DNA from: Candidatus Heimdallarchaeota archaeon
GTDB lineage: Archaea; Asgardarchaeota; Heimdallarchaeia; Hodarchaeales; Hodarchaeaceae
Direction: 5' to 3'
DNA length: 64,000 bases
Assembly: GCA_011364965.1 (NCBI GenBank)
Contig: RDOB01000006.1
Coordinates: 32,001 to 96,000 of the forward strand
This document shows positions 38,208 to 47,896 of this stretch, one piece after another (position 1 is the stretch's first letter; each line of letters starts with the position of its first letter). The notes beneath the pieces are model-generated. The model made no database searches. It saw only the letters and a program-made list of their open reading frames with translations, and was not told the DNA's origin. The translations under genes were made by a program, and so were the position numbers.

Positions 38208-39563
38208 TTAAATCAGAAAAATAAGAAATGCTACATACAGAGCCATTCCAAATAGATGAAAGAGAGTTATAAATCCTCCATATCTAAAATATTCTAAAAA
38301 ACCAATTCTCATTCCTTGACGTTTAGTCATTTCGAGAATGAAGATTCCTTTCACACTGCTTATCAAAACAACTGAATCAGTAATATTCACTGCAGCTAAT
38401 ATAGCCCACCAAACAACTAAAGGGTTAGTTATTTGAGTACTGATAAGATCTATGAGAGGGCGGAGAAGAAAAATCAAAGGAATATTTTCAATGATTGCTG
38501 TAAGGAGTCCCAAAGTCCAGCTGAATCCAATAATTCCTAGAAAGGGAGATAGTGCTGTAAGATTTAAAACTGGTTCATTCAGAATCAGAGGTATATTAGT
38601 AATTTGAATTAATCCTGACATAATAAATATTCCACTTAAAAAAAACAACATAGGCCAATCAATAGATCTAATGAAAGATTCAACGTGATCTGAGAAAAAA
38701 ATAAGGACAAGCATTCCTCCTCCAAGGCAGATTATATCGATACTCAACCCCAAAGAGGTACCAAATGCTAGAAACCCTGTCACAACAGCGAAAATAATTA
38801 TTGCCCGATAAAATTCTTTACGAGAATCAACAAAACTCCAAGGATCTATAGTTTGTAATAATCGCTGTATTTGTAATCCAAATTTCTTCTCACGAGTTTT
38901 CATTTTTTCAATGTCTGATTGAAAGTATTTCCGTGTAATTAATATGGTTAAGAAGACCATTAGAGAAACAAAAGGTAAACTGATTAGAAGAAAGTCTAAA
39001 TAACTCCAATTCTGCTCTAAAGAAACATATGCAGCTGTATAAGAGGCGATTGGGGTAAGCATTCCACTTAAGTTAGCAACTACTAATTCTAAAAATAGAA
39101 TTGGTTTAACATTGATCTCAGCCACATCTGCGATTAATATGGTAATTTGGGCAACAATGATCAATGCTAGCACATTGGAGATTACCATGCTAAGAAGGAA
39201 GACTACAAGTGCAAGAAGTGACATTAATAGGTCAAAAGATCCACCTATCGATCTCAAAAAATAGAGTATGAAGACTTCTAGAATTCCAGATTTTTTAACC
39301 ATTTCTAATATCAATGTTATCCCAATAATGGTAATTAGTAAGTGCATATCGATCCATTGATACAAGACAGAAAAGTTGTCAACTAAATTAGTAGTTACAG
39401 CTAGTAAGATCGAAACTAGCACTCCTGCTAATGTAATAGATACCTTATCTGTTTTTTCAGACGCAATAACGAGCAAAACAGCTAAAAATACTCCAGTTAG
39501 TATGAGACCTATTCCTATATGCGGAATTTCTTGCACAAATTTAGAAATTGATATAAAATCCAT
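38208..39563 (-). CDS. ArsB/NhaD (ion transporter superfamily) permease
   Basis: About 12 TMs; VANLSGMLTP, IDWPMLFF and IENIP motifs. Confidence 0.85.
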   Translation of the reverse strand: MDFISISKFVQEIPHIGIGLILTGVFLAVLLVIASEKTDKVSITLAGVLVSILLAVTTNLVDNFSVLYQWIDMHLLITIIGITLILEMVKKSGILEVFILYFLRSIGGSFDLLMSLLALVVFLLSMVISNVLALIIVAQITILIADVAEINVKPILFLELVVANLSGMLTPIASYTAAYVSLEQNWSYLDFLLISLPFVSLMVFLTILITRKYFQSDIEKMKTREKKFGLQIQRLLQTIDPWSFVDSRKEFYRAIIIFAVVTGFLAFGTSLGLSIDIICLGGGMLVLIFFSDHVESFIRSIDWPMLFFLSGIFIMSGLIQITNIPLILNEPVLNLTALSPFLGIIGFSWTLGLLTAIIENIPLIFLLRPLIDLISTQITNPLVVWWAILAAVNITDSVVLISSVKGIFILEMTKRQGMRIGFLEYFRYGGFITLFHLFGMALYVAFLIFLI

Positions 39564-39653
39564 TTCGAAGCCATTTCCGACCTAAATTGACTGAAGCATA
39601 AGTATTTTTAAGGATATGTTCAAGATAAACAACCGAAGTTTACATGAAAATGA

Positions 39654-40703
39654 GTGTTTCCGTTGTACCGAGGTAATGGCATGAAAATAATCGATGAAGG
39701 TGAAGGGGAATTGGTTGGGTGGCGTAACCCTGATGAGAATCGAGAATGGATTTTAAAGAATAAATCACGATCTTTAACTGATAAAAGGATGGGTCTCAAA
39801 ACAGCGGTATCTAGATATGTTCAAAATGGCAGCGTGTTAGCAATGGGGGGATTTGGACATATTCGTGTCTCTTTTGCTGCAATTTATGAAATGATAAGGC
39901 AAAAAGTGCGAGATCTAACTCTTATAGGGAAAACCACAGTGCATGATGGAGATGTACTCATTGGGGGAGGATGTGTCAAAAAAGTTGAAGTTGCATATGC
40001 TTTTGGTCATGAATTGAGAGGTTTATCCCCCTGTGGAAGACGTGCAGTTGAATCAGGGCAAATTTCCGTAGTTGCAGAAATTAGTAATTCTGGACATCAA
40101 GATCGGTTTCTAGGAGGGATGCTAGGAGTACCTTTCATTCCTACACGCGCGATGCTTGGTACGGATACGTTTAAGAAATCCTCTGCGAAAATAATTGCGG
40201 ATCCTTGGACAGGAAAACCAATTTGTTTGGTTCCCTCTTGTAATCCAGATATTGTATTCATTCATGTTAATAGATGTGATATTTATGGTAATTGTCAAAT
40301 CGATGGAATATTAGTTGAAGATTTTGAATTAGCAAGAGCAGCACGTCGTTTAATTATCACAACAGAAAGAATTATTGATAATGAAATAATCCGTCAGCGC
40401 CCTTGGGAAACTACAATTCCTGGATTTATTGTTGATGGGGTTGTAGAACTACGGTATGGTGCTCACCCTGTTCATGTTCCAAACGAATATTATTTTGATG
40501 AGGAAATAATTGGTGACTGGTTAATTGCTTCAAAAACAGAAGAAGGAACAGAAGCTTGGTTGGAAAAATATGTATTTCAACCAACAGATTTTAATGAATA
40601 CTTAGAATTAGTGGGTGGAGAAGAAAAAATGAGATATTTGGCTGATATCGAGCATTATCGCGCAGAATTGAAAGCTCCCTGGCTAGATGAAAAGAGGAAG
40701 TGA
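39654..40703 (+). CDS. Family I CoA-transferase alpha subunit (glutaconate CoA-transferase A-like; probable start 39681)
   Basis: LAMGGFG, GVPFIP, IHVNRCDIYGN and YGAHP motifs. Confidence 0.88.
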   Translation: MFPLYRGNGMKIIDEGEGELVGWRNPDENREWILKNKSRSLTDKRMGLKTAVSRYVQNGSVLAMGGFGHIRVSFAAIYEMIRQKVRDLTLIGKTTVHDGDVLIGGGCVKKVEVAYAFGHELRGLSPCGRRAVESGQISVVAEISNSGHQDRFLGGMLGVPFIPTRAMLGTDTFKKSSAKIIADPWTGKPICLVPSCNPDIVFIHVNRCDIYGNCQIDGILVEDFELARAARRLIITTERIIDNEIIRQRPWETTIPGFIVDGVVELRYGAHPVHVPNEYYFDEEIIGDWLIASKTEEGTEAWLEKYVFQPTDFNEYLELVGGEEKMRYLADIEHYRAELKAPWLDEKRK

Positions 40704-41485
40704 AATCCATTACAAATCAGAAATATTATACTGCAACACATTTAATGGCTGTTGCTGCAGCAAGGATATTACAGGATAATAAATCAGTTTTTGTTGGTAC
40801 AGGACTACCTATGATTTCAGCTATGTTTGCTCAACGTAGACACGCTCCGAATTTATTGATTATATTCGAAGCTGGAGCTGTTGGACCTCAGATGAAAGTT
40901 TTACCGATTTCCGTTGGAGATTCGAGAACATTCCATCGTGCAATTGCTGCTTCCTCAATGCACGACAATATGGCTTTTTCGCAAGCTGGTTGGCTGGATT
41001 ATGGTTTTCTTGGAGCAGCTCAGATTGATCGATTTGGAAACATCAATACAACCTTTATTGGAGGCACATGGGAACGACCGAAAGTGCGATTACCAGGTTC
41101 TGGAGGAGCAAATGACGTGGGAAGTTTTTGTCATAATACCATTATTATAATGCGACAAGATCAGAGAAAATTTATGGAAAAAGTGAATTTCTTAACAACT
41201 CCAGGCTATTTAAATGGACCTGGAGCCCGCGAAGCTGCAGGTTTGCCCGCTAATTCAGGTCCGTTGAATGTGATTACTCAATTAGGGATTTATGGATTTG
41301 ATTCGAAAACCAAACAAATGAAACTAGAGCAAATACATCCTGGTGTTACTGTTGCCCAGATACAGGAAAATTCAAGTTTCGAGATCTTGATCCCAGAAGA
41401 TATTATAACAACCGAACCACCTACTCTTGATGATGTGCATTTATTGAGAGAACTCGATCCTACAGGCATGGCGATAGGGAAATAA
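40700..41485 (+). CDS. Family I CoA-transferase beta subunit (GctB-like)
   Basis: FVGTGLP, catalytic IFEAG, GAAQIDRFGNIN and LPGSGGAND motifs. 4-bp overlap with the alpha subunit. Confidence 0.9.
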   Translation: MKSITNQKYYTATHLMAVAAARILQDNKSVFVGTGLPMISAMFAQRRHAPNLLIIFEAGAVGPQMKVLPISVGDSRTFHRAIAASSMHDNMAFSQAGWLDYGFLGAAQIDRFGNINTTFIGGTWERPKVRLPGSGGANDVGSFCHNTIIIMRQDQRKFMEKVNFLTTPGYLNGPGAREAAGLPANSGPLNVITQLGIYGFDSKTKQMKLEQIHPGVTVAQIQENSSFEILIPEDIITTEPPTLDDVHLLRELDPTGMAIGK

Positions 41486-41667
41486 GAATCTTCAAAGGTA
41501 TTCTATAGTTAGTAGTTTATTTCTTTTCTGAACTTATTTGAATAAACCTTCTTTATCCCTCTCAATGAATTTATGTAGTAATAGAGTCAGAGTGTTTAAC
41601 TTTCAATGGATTTTACATTAAAATACCGAAATAAAGAAGAAATAGCTATAAATAGGTAATTCATTTC

Positions 41668-43155
41668 GTGTATAATATTACTGGAGGTATTTTTTTGGTT
41701 ACTAAAACAAAGATTGTATGCACAATTGGACCAGCTTCTGAAGATATAATTACTCTCAAGAAGCTCATTCGTGCAGGAATGGATGTATGTCGGTTAAATT
41801 TTAGTCATGGAAATCACCCTGATCACCTTGAACGATATGAACGAATTCGCTCAGTATCTGATGATGTTGCAATACTTGTGGATCTTTGCGGTCCAAAAAT
41901 TCGTACAGGTGAAGTTAAAGAAGGAACTATTCTGAAATCAGGGCAAAATTATCGGATATCAGCTGAAATTGGACTGGAAGGAGATTCAAATGTATGTTCA
42001 ACTAATTACCCTCCTCTTGTGAATGATTGTGAGGTAGGAAATCATTTAGCGATAGATGATGGTCTTTTACAATTACGAGTGACCAAAAAAGATAATCAAA
42101 CGCAAGAATTGATCTGTAAAGTTTTGCATGGAGGACCTTTGAAATCAAGAAAAGGAATAAATGCTCCAGATGTCCCTCTCTCCCTCTATTTTCCTCTGGA
42201 AAAAGATCTAGAAGATATTAAGTTTGTTATAAAGAAAATGGACATTGATTTTCTTGCTGCTTCATTTGTCAGAAGAAAAGAAGATATTTTAACCGTAAAG
42301 AAAATTTTGGAAGAATCCGATTCTTCTATACAGATTATAGCTAAAATTGAGAACCGAGATGGGATCAAAAATTTTAACGAGATTTTAAAAGTTGCTGATG
42401 GAATAATGGTTGCTCGGGGAGATCTAGGTATAGAAATTCCAAGTGAAAAGGTTCCAATTGTTCAAAAAGAGCTCATTAAAGCCTGTAATATCGCGGGAAA
42501 ACCAGTTATCGTTGCCACTCAAATGCTTGATTCAATGACAAATAATCCACGCCCAACACGCGCTGAAGTATCTGATGTTTCCAATGCAATTATTGATGGA
42601 GCTGATGCAGTTATGCTCTCAGGAGAGACTGCAGTGGGAACATATCCTATAGAAACTGTTAACTATATGGAGAGAATTCTGAAAGAAATCAATCTCAATC
42701 AGCATTTAATACAAAGAGTAACTGCTGATTCATTAAGTGAAACTGAATCCTCAATTTCCGAAACTTTAGGAAGAGCAACTAACCTTATTAGCCAAACAAG
42801 AAAATTAAAGATAAAAGCTATTGTCACTAGTACTCGTACAGGATCAACTTCCAGATTAATTGCTAAATGGCGTCCAGAAAAACCAATTATTGCAGGTACT
42901 CCATATAAATCCGTACAGAGGCAATTGCAACTGAGTTGGGGAGTATATCCAATACAAGTTGATGTCGTACCTTCATTTGATGAATTAGTATATAATATTG
43001 TGAAGAAATCATCAGATGAAGGTCTTTTAGCATCTAAAGACGAAATTATAGTTGTTGGAGGTAGTTTATTGGGTTTCCCAGCAAAAACAAACATGATTCA
43101 AATCATGCAAGTTTATGATGTCCTCCTGTACGGCCAGAAGCTCCAGAGAGTATGA
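41668..43155 (+). CDS. pyk: Pyruvate kinase (probable TTG start at 41695)
   Basis: TKIVCTIGPAS, RLNFSHG, IIAKIEN, MVARGDLG, ATQMLDSM and MLSGETA motifs. Confidence 0.97.
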   Translation: MYNITGGIFLVTKTKIVCTIGPASEDIITLKKLIRAGMDVCRLNFSHGNHPDHLERYERIRSVSDDVAILVDLCGPKIRTGEVKEGTILKSGQNYRISAEIGLEGDSNVCSTNYPPLVNDCEVGNHLAIDDGLLQLRVTKKDNQTQELICKVLHGGPLKSRKGINAPDVPLSLYFPLEKDLEDIKFVIKKMDIDFLAASFVRRKEDILTVKKILEESDSSIQIIAKIENRDGIKNFNEILKVADGIMVARGDLGIEIPSEKVPIVQKELIKACNIAGKPVIVATQMLDSMTNNPRPTRAEVSDVSNAIIDGADAVMLSGETAVGTYPIETVNYMERILKEINLNQHLIQRVTADSLSETESSISETLGRATNLISQTRKLKIKAIVTSTRTGSTSRLIAKWRPEKPIIAGTPYKSVQRQLQLSWGVYPIQVDVVPSFDELVYNIVKKSSDEGLLASKDEIIVVGGSLLGFPAKTNMIQIMQVYDVLLYGQKLQRV

Positions 43156-43182
43156 TTACTTGAAATTTGAGGTCTAATTATC

Positions 43183-45432
43183 GTGATAATCGTTACTGTT
43201 GCTGACGGATTTCAAGAGGATTACGGACAATCGATTGGGAGGATCGCTGAAAAGCACTTTCAGGAACTCGGGTTAGATATCGGAGAAATAGTGGAATTAA
43301 TAAGTGGTACACAGCGAATTGGAGTCTTTCTACGTGGATTGGAGGAGGTTGAGAACAGTAAAATACTTCAAAGATCCATATATAGGTCAGATGAAGTTTT
43401 CAAGAGAAGATCAGATGAAAAACCGATTATTCTCTATCTCAATGGCTTTCTAAGAGCCAGTTTAAAAATTGGTATAGGACAAAAGGTGAGGTTGGATAAA
43501 ACAAGCCCTCCAGAAGCCGATACAGTCTTAATTGCTCCACTCAATTCCGAAGATAAAGAGAAAGTGTATATAGAATATTTATTGAATCGTCCAGTTATTC
43601 GTGGACAAATCATCGAACTTCAAAATATTGGATACGATCTAAAAGCTGCAATATTAAAAACAAATCCTCCAGGGATAGTGAGGATCTCTGCTACTTCAGA
43701 TGTCAGGATTACAAATGACCCTCCACCCGAATTAGTAAAAAATAACGAAAATTATGTTTCATATGACGATATTGGGGGATTTAGAGAAATTATCCAAAGA
43801 GTACGAACTCTCGTTGAATTTCCTCTACGCTATCCAGAGGTTTTTGAATTGTTGAATATTGATCCGCCAAGAGGAATTTTAATAACTGGACCATCAGGAA
43901 TTGGCAAAACGTACTTAGCAAAAGCTATTTCGTGTGAGTCTGGTGTGACACGTTTTTTTGTTATGGCACCAGAAATTATCAAAGGTTGGTGGACTGCAGA
44001 ACAAGAGATGGATAAATACTTTCAGCATGTCTTAAAATTTGAACCTTCGATCTTAGTAATTGATCAAATTGAGACTCTAGCTCCTACTCCGACTCCCAAT
44101 CTCTCTGATCTTGAAATTAGAATGACGGAAAGATTTATTAGAAATTTAGATGCTTTAAAAGGCAGAAAAGTTGTGGTTATAAGCACTACTAGCAATCCTA
44201 ATGACATCCATCCAGCTTTGCGAGCTTATGGCCGATTCGAGATTGAGATTCCTCTGAAGATCCCAGATTTTAAGGATAGAAGTGAGATTTTAGCGATTCA
44301 AACGAGGGGCCTTCCTTTATCAGCTTCTATTGAGATTCCAACACTTGCTCAAGCGACAAGTGGATTTACTCCTGCAGATTTGGAACTTCTCGTGAAAGAA
44401 GCTGGAATGCATGCTCTGGAAAGAACGAATCTTTTAGATCTTGATACTAAAGTATCATCTACTGCTCAATTAATCAAATCAGAGGTTATAATGGTTGAGC
44501 TAGTCATGGAAGATTTTACTAAAGCATTAGCGACAGTTAAACCTTCAGCTGGTAGAGAAATAATAAATGAAATTCCAAAAGTGAAATGGAGTGACATTGG
44601 AGGATTAAATGATGTAAAACAATCATTGAAAGAAATGATTGAGTGGCCAATAAATCACACACATGTGTTTGAAGAGATGGGAATTCGAATTCCACGAGGT
44701 GTGCTCTTATATGGGCCACCAGGAACTGGAAAAACTCTTATAGCAAAAGCTATGGCAAATGAAATTTCTGCAAATTTTATTGTTGTTAAGGGTCCAGAAT
44801 TATTGTCCAAATGGTTTAGTGAAAGTGCTCGAATGGTACGCGAGCTTTTTAGTCGTGCGCGTGCGTTAGCGCCATGTATCGTGTTTTTTGATGAAATTGA
44901 CGCGATTGCGACTAAGCGTGGAGGAGGATTTTCAAGTTCCACCTCCCGAGAACGAGATAGAGTAATTAATCAACTATTAGCTTCTTTAGATGGAATAGAT
45001 AAGATGAAGGGAGTTTTTGTTGTATGTGCTACAAATAGGCCTAATATGCTAGATCCAGCTTTAATCAGACCTGGAAGATTAGATCGGTTGATATACGTAC
45101 CTGTACCTAATTTTGAAGGGAGAATCCAAATATTAGAAGTTCATACTCGTAATATGCCCCACGATCTGGCAAAAAAAGTCTCTTTGCATGACCTAGCGTC
45201 GAAAACGGATGGTTTTACTGGAGCAGATTTAGAAAATCTGTGTCGAGAGGCTGCTTACTCGTGTTTGAGACGAAATTCTTCACTAATTTCATCAGATGAC
45301 TTCGAAAATTCGTTGAAGATTTGCTCACCTTCCGTGAGTAAAGATCTTGCTAGATTTTATCAAATTCAAGAAGGAATTATGAAAAAGAAAAAATTGATTG
45401 AATATACTAAATACTATCAGGAGTATGCATGA
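43183..45432 (+). CDS. Cdc48/p97-family double AAA ATPase, paralogue A (degenerate D1)
   Basis: Cdc48 N-domain. D1: GPSGIGKT / VIDQIE. D2: GPPGTGKT / FFDEID / RPGRLD. C-terminus ...QEYA. Confidence 0.92.
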   Translation: MIIVTVADGFQEDYGQSIGRIAEKHFQELGLDIGEIVELISGTQRIGVFLRGLEEVENSKILQRSIYRSDEVFKRRSDEKPIILYLNGFLRASLKIGIGQKVRLDKTSPPEADTVLIAPLNSEDKEKVYIEYLLNRPVIRGQIIELQNIGYDLKAAILKTNPPGIVRISATSDVRITNDPPPELVKNNENYVSYDDIGGFREIIQRVRTLVEFPLRYPEVFELLNIDPPRGILITGPSGIGKTYLAKAISCESGVTRFFVMAPEIIKGWWTAEQEMDKYFQHVLKFEPSILVIDQIETLAPTPTPNLSDLEIRMTERFIRNLDALKGRKVVVISTTSNPNDIHPALRAYGRFEIEIPLKIPDFKDRSEILAIQTRGLPLSASIEIPTLAQATSGFTPADLELLVKEAGMHALERTNLLDLDTKVSSTAQLIKSEVIMVELVMEDFTKALATVKPSAGREIINEIPKVKWSDIGGLNDVKQSLKEMIEWPINHTHVFEEMGIRIPRGVLLYGPPGTGKTLIAKAMANEISANFIVVKGPELLSKWFSESARMVRELFSRARALAPCIVFFDEIDAIATKRGGGFSSSTSRERDRVINQLLASLDGIDKMKGVFVVCATNRPNMLDPALIRPGRLDRLIYVPVPNFEGRIQILEVHTRNMPHDLAKKVSLHDLASKTDGFTGADLENLCREAAYSCLRRNSSLISSDDFENSLKICSPSVSKDLARFYQIQEGIMKKKKLIEYTKYYQEYA

Positions 45433-45435
45433 CGA

Positions 45436-47808
45436 ATGGTGTTTTGTGAATTAATTGAACCCTTAGGCGCAGATTTTGGAGAACGAATAATACGACTTCC
45501 ACAAAATATCATCTCTAAACTTGACATAGAGGAAGGAGATATACTAGAAGTAATCTCGAGTGATGGAAAGCGCTTAGGTGTGTTTGCGTATCTAGATCAT
45601 CATTCTGCTGTACTTGATGAGATAAGGGGTATTGAAAAAAGATCCATTCCAGATTCACCGATAATTCCCCAAATTGCATCTCCTGATGATGGTTTACCAA
45701 AGCCAGAGGGAAAGCCATTTGTAGGAATTGAGGGTATTGAACGGGAAGGATTAGCTAAATGTCGTCTTGATGGTGAGGTTCGGTTGTCTCTAGGAGTGAA
45801 AATTGGTGATATAATTGAAGTAGATACCGTTCTGAAACCCGCTTATGCTAAAAAAATTTATTATTGCATTTTGGGTGTAAATCCATCTAGTTTGTCAGAT
45901 GAGGAAAAAGGGCTTATTTCCGATCAATTACGATATCAGATCTCTAAACCTCTCTCTGCGGGCATAATCATAAATATTAATTTCGCTTTTAAGCAGGAGC
46001 AGGTGTTAATCCAATCGTGTGATCCTGATACAATTGTTATTCCTTCCATAAAGACATCTTTCGAATTATTAAATACATTTGTTCCACAGAATAAAGAAGA
46101 GGCTCTCAAAGTCACTTATGAAGATGTGGGTGGTTATAAGGAGGCAATTCACCGATTAAGACACTTAGTTGAGATTCCTATCCTTAAACCCGAGGTTTTT
46201 AAAAAAATAAATCTTGTTCCACCAAGAGGAATTTTAATTGAAGGTTCTACAGGAGTTGGCAAGACTCTTATTCTTAGAGCTCTTGCGAATGAGACTGGTT
46301 GTCGTGTTATTGAAGTTCCTAGCAATTTATTTGCAGGAGTGGGACCTACTGAAAAGAATATTCGCGATCTGTTTGAGAAAGTAAGATCTGAAGCGAGGAA
46401 AAAACCTGTTTTGTTAATCTTAGACAATATGGAGTCATTGACTCCCGCTCCTAATGTTAATCTTCCATTATATATAAAGAGGTTTACCACGCAATTCGCG
46501 TTAGGATTTGATTCTTTACGGGGTACTAATACCATCATCATCGGCGCTTGTCACTCGACAGAAGATATTGACCCTATTTTAAGGAGGCCTGGCCGTTTTG
46601 ACGTTGAGATCGAGATTCCTATTCCATCTGAACTTGAACGACTCGAAATACTCAATATTCATCTTCGTCGAGTCCCTAAATCTAATGAGATTACTAGGGA
46701 GATATTACGTACTTTTGCTCATCGAATGGTTGGTTATGTAGGTGCAGATATCTCTCAATTTGTTAAAGAAGCGTGTATGCGCGCAGTTGGTAGAAATGTT
46801 TCTTTATTCAGTAATTTACCCTCTCAAATTCCAAGATCCATTTTACGTACAATTCAGGTAACCGTTGATGATTTAGAAGAGGCTTATAAGATTACAGAAC
46901 CCTCAGCTTATAGATCGATTCATTCTAAATTAGAAGTCCCAAATGTGACTTTCGATGATATTGGGGGATTAAAAGAAGTCAAACAGTTATTAAAAGAACA
47001 AATAAAATGGCGTTTTGAGGATCCTGATACATTAAAACAGATGGGGGTAAAACCATCAAGTGGACTCCTCCTGTATGGCCCTCCAGGAACCGGGAAAACA
47101 CTACTTGCAAAAGCGTTAGCGACAGAAATGCATGCAAGATTTATTTCAATAAAAGGCCCTGAGTTACTTAGTGTTTGGTTTGGGGAATCAGCAAGGATAA
47201 TTAGACAATTGTTTAAAAGGGCCCAAAAATTAGCTCCATGCATATTATTTTTCGATGAGATTGATGCAATGGTTCCCCGTAGGGGTAGTGATGCCGACAG
47301 TGATGGAGGACAGGAAATAGATGCAACTGTTAATCAATTATTGACTTTATTAGACGGAATGGACAGCTCAAATGATGAAATCTTTATAATTGGAGCAACT
47401 AACCGACCAAATGCTCTAGATACTGCTTTATTACGTCCAGGAAGACTTGATCGCTTGGTTTTAACTCCTCCTCCAGATTTAGAAGGTCGTAAAGAAATAA
47501 TTCGAGTACATACGAAAAAAGTACCTCTTGTTGGAGATCGTGAAGAGATGATCATAGATCTGGCTAAATTGACCGAGGATTTTTCAGGAGCTGACATTGA
47601 GAACTTAGTACGTGAAGCGGTTCTAGCTAGTTTAAGGGAGAACTTTAATCAAAGAGAGGTTTCCTATTCACATTTTCAAACCGCTCTTGCTTTAGTAAGT
47701 CCAAGTATAGATCAAGGAATTATTAAACATTATGAACAATTTGTGAGTGAAGTCTTGGGGAGCCCGAGGAATGTAATATCCTCCCAAAAACCATTTACTT
47801 ATGGTTAG
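45436..47808 (+). CDS. Cdc48/p97-family double AAA ATPase, paralogue B (degenerate D1)
   Basis: Cdc48 N-domain. D1: GSTGVGKT / ILDNME. D2: GPPGTGKT / FFDEID / RPGRLD. C-terminus ...FTYG. Confidence 0.92.
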   Translation: MVFCELIEPLGADFGERIIRLPQNIISKLDIEEGDILEVISSDGKRLGVFAYLDHHSAVLDEIRGIEKRSIPDSPIIPQIASPDDGLPKPEGKPFVGIEGIEREGLAKCRLDGEVRLSLGVKIGDIIEVDTVLKPAYAKKIYYCILGVNPSSLSDEEKGLISDQLRYQISKPLSAGIIININFAFKQEQVLIQSCDPDTIVIPSIKTSFELLNTFVPQNKEEALKVTYEDVGGYKEAIHRLRHLVEIPILKPEVFKKINLVPPRGILIEGSTGVGKTLILRALANETGCRVIEVPSNLFAGVGPTEKNIRDLFEKVRSEARKKPVLLILDNMESLTPAPNVNLPLYIKRFTTQFALGFDSLRGTNTIIIGACHSTEDIDPILRRPGRFDVEIEIPIPSELERLEILNIHLRRVPKSNEITREILRTFAHRMVGYVGADISQFVKEACMRAVGRNVSLFSNLPSQIPRSILRTIQVTVDDLEEAYKITEPSAYRSIHSKLEVPNVTFDDIGGLKEVKQLLKEQIKWRFEDPDTLKQMGVKPSSGLLLYGPPGTGKTLLAKALATEMHARFISIKGPELLSVWFGESARIIRQLFKRAQKLAPCILFFDEIDAMVPRRGSDADSDGGQEIDATVNQLLTLLDGMDSSNDEIFIIGATNRPNALDTALLRPGRLDRLVLTPPPDLEGRKEIIRVHTKKVPLVGDREEMIIDLAKLTEDFSGADIENLVREAVLASLRENFNQREVSYSHFQTALALVSPSIDQGIIKHYEQFVSEVLGSPRNVISSQKPFTYG

Positions 47809-47896
47809 ATATTTCCATCTAAGATAAGAATAAAGGAGGTTTATCTCCTAATATCCTAATTTTATGAAAACCTATCACGAATTGGCGATTAATCTA

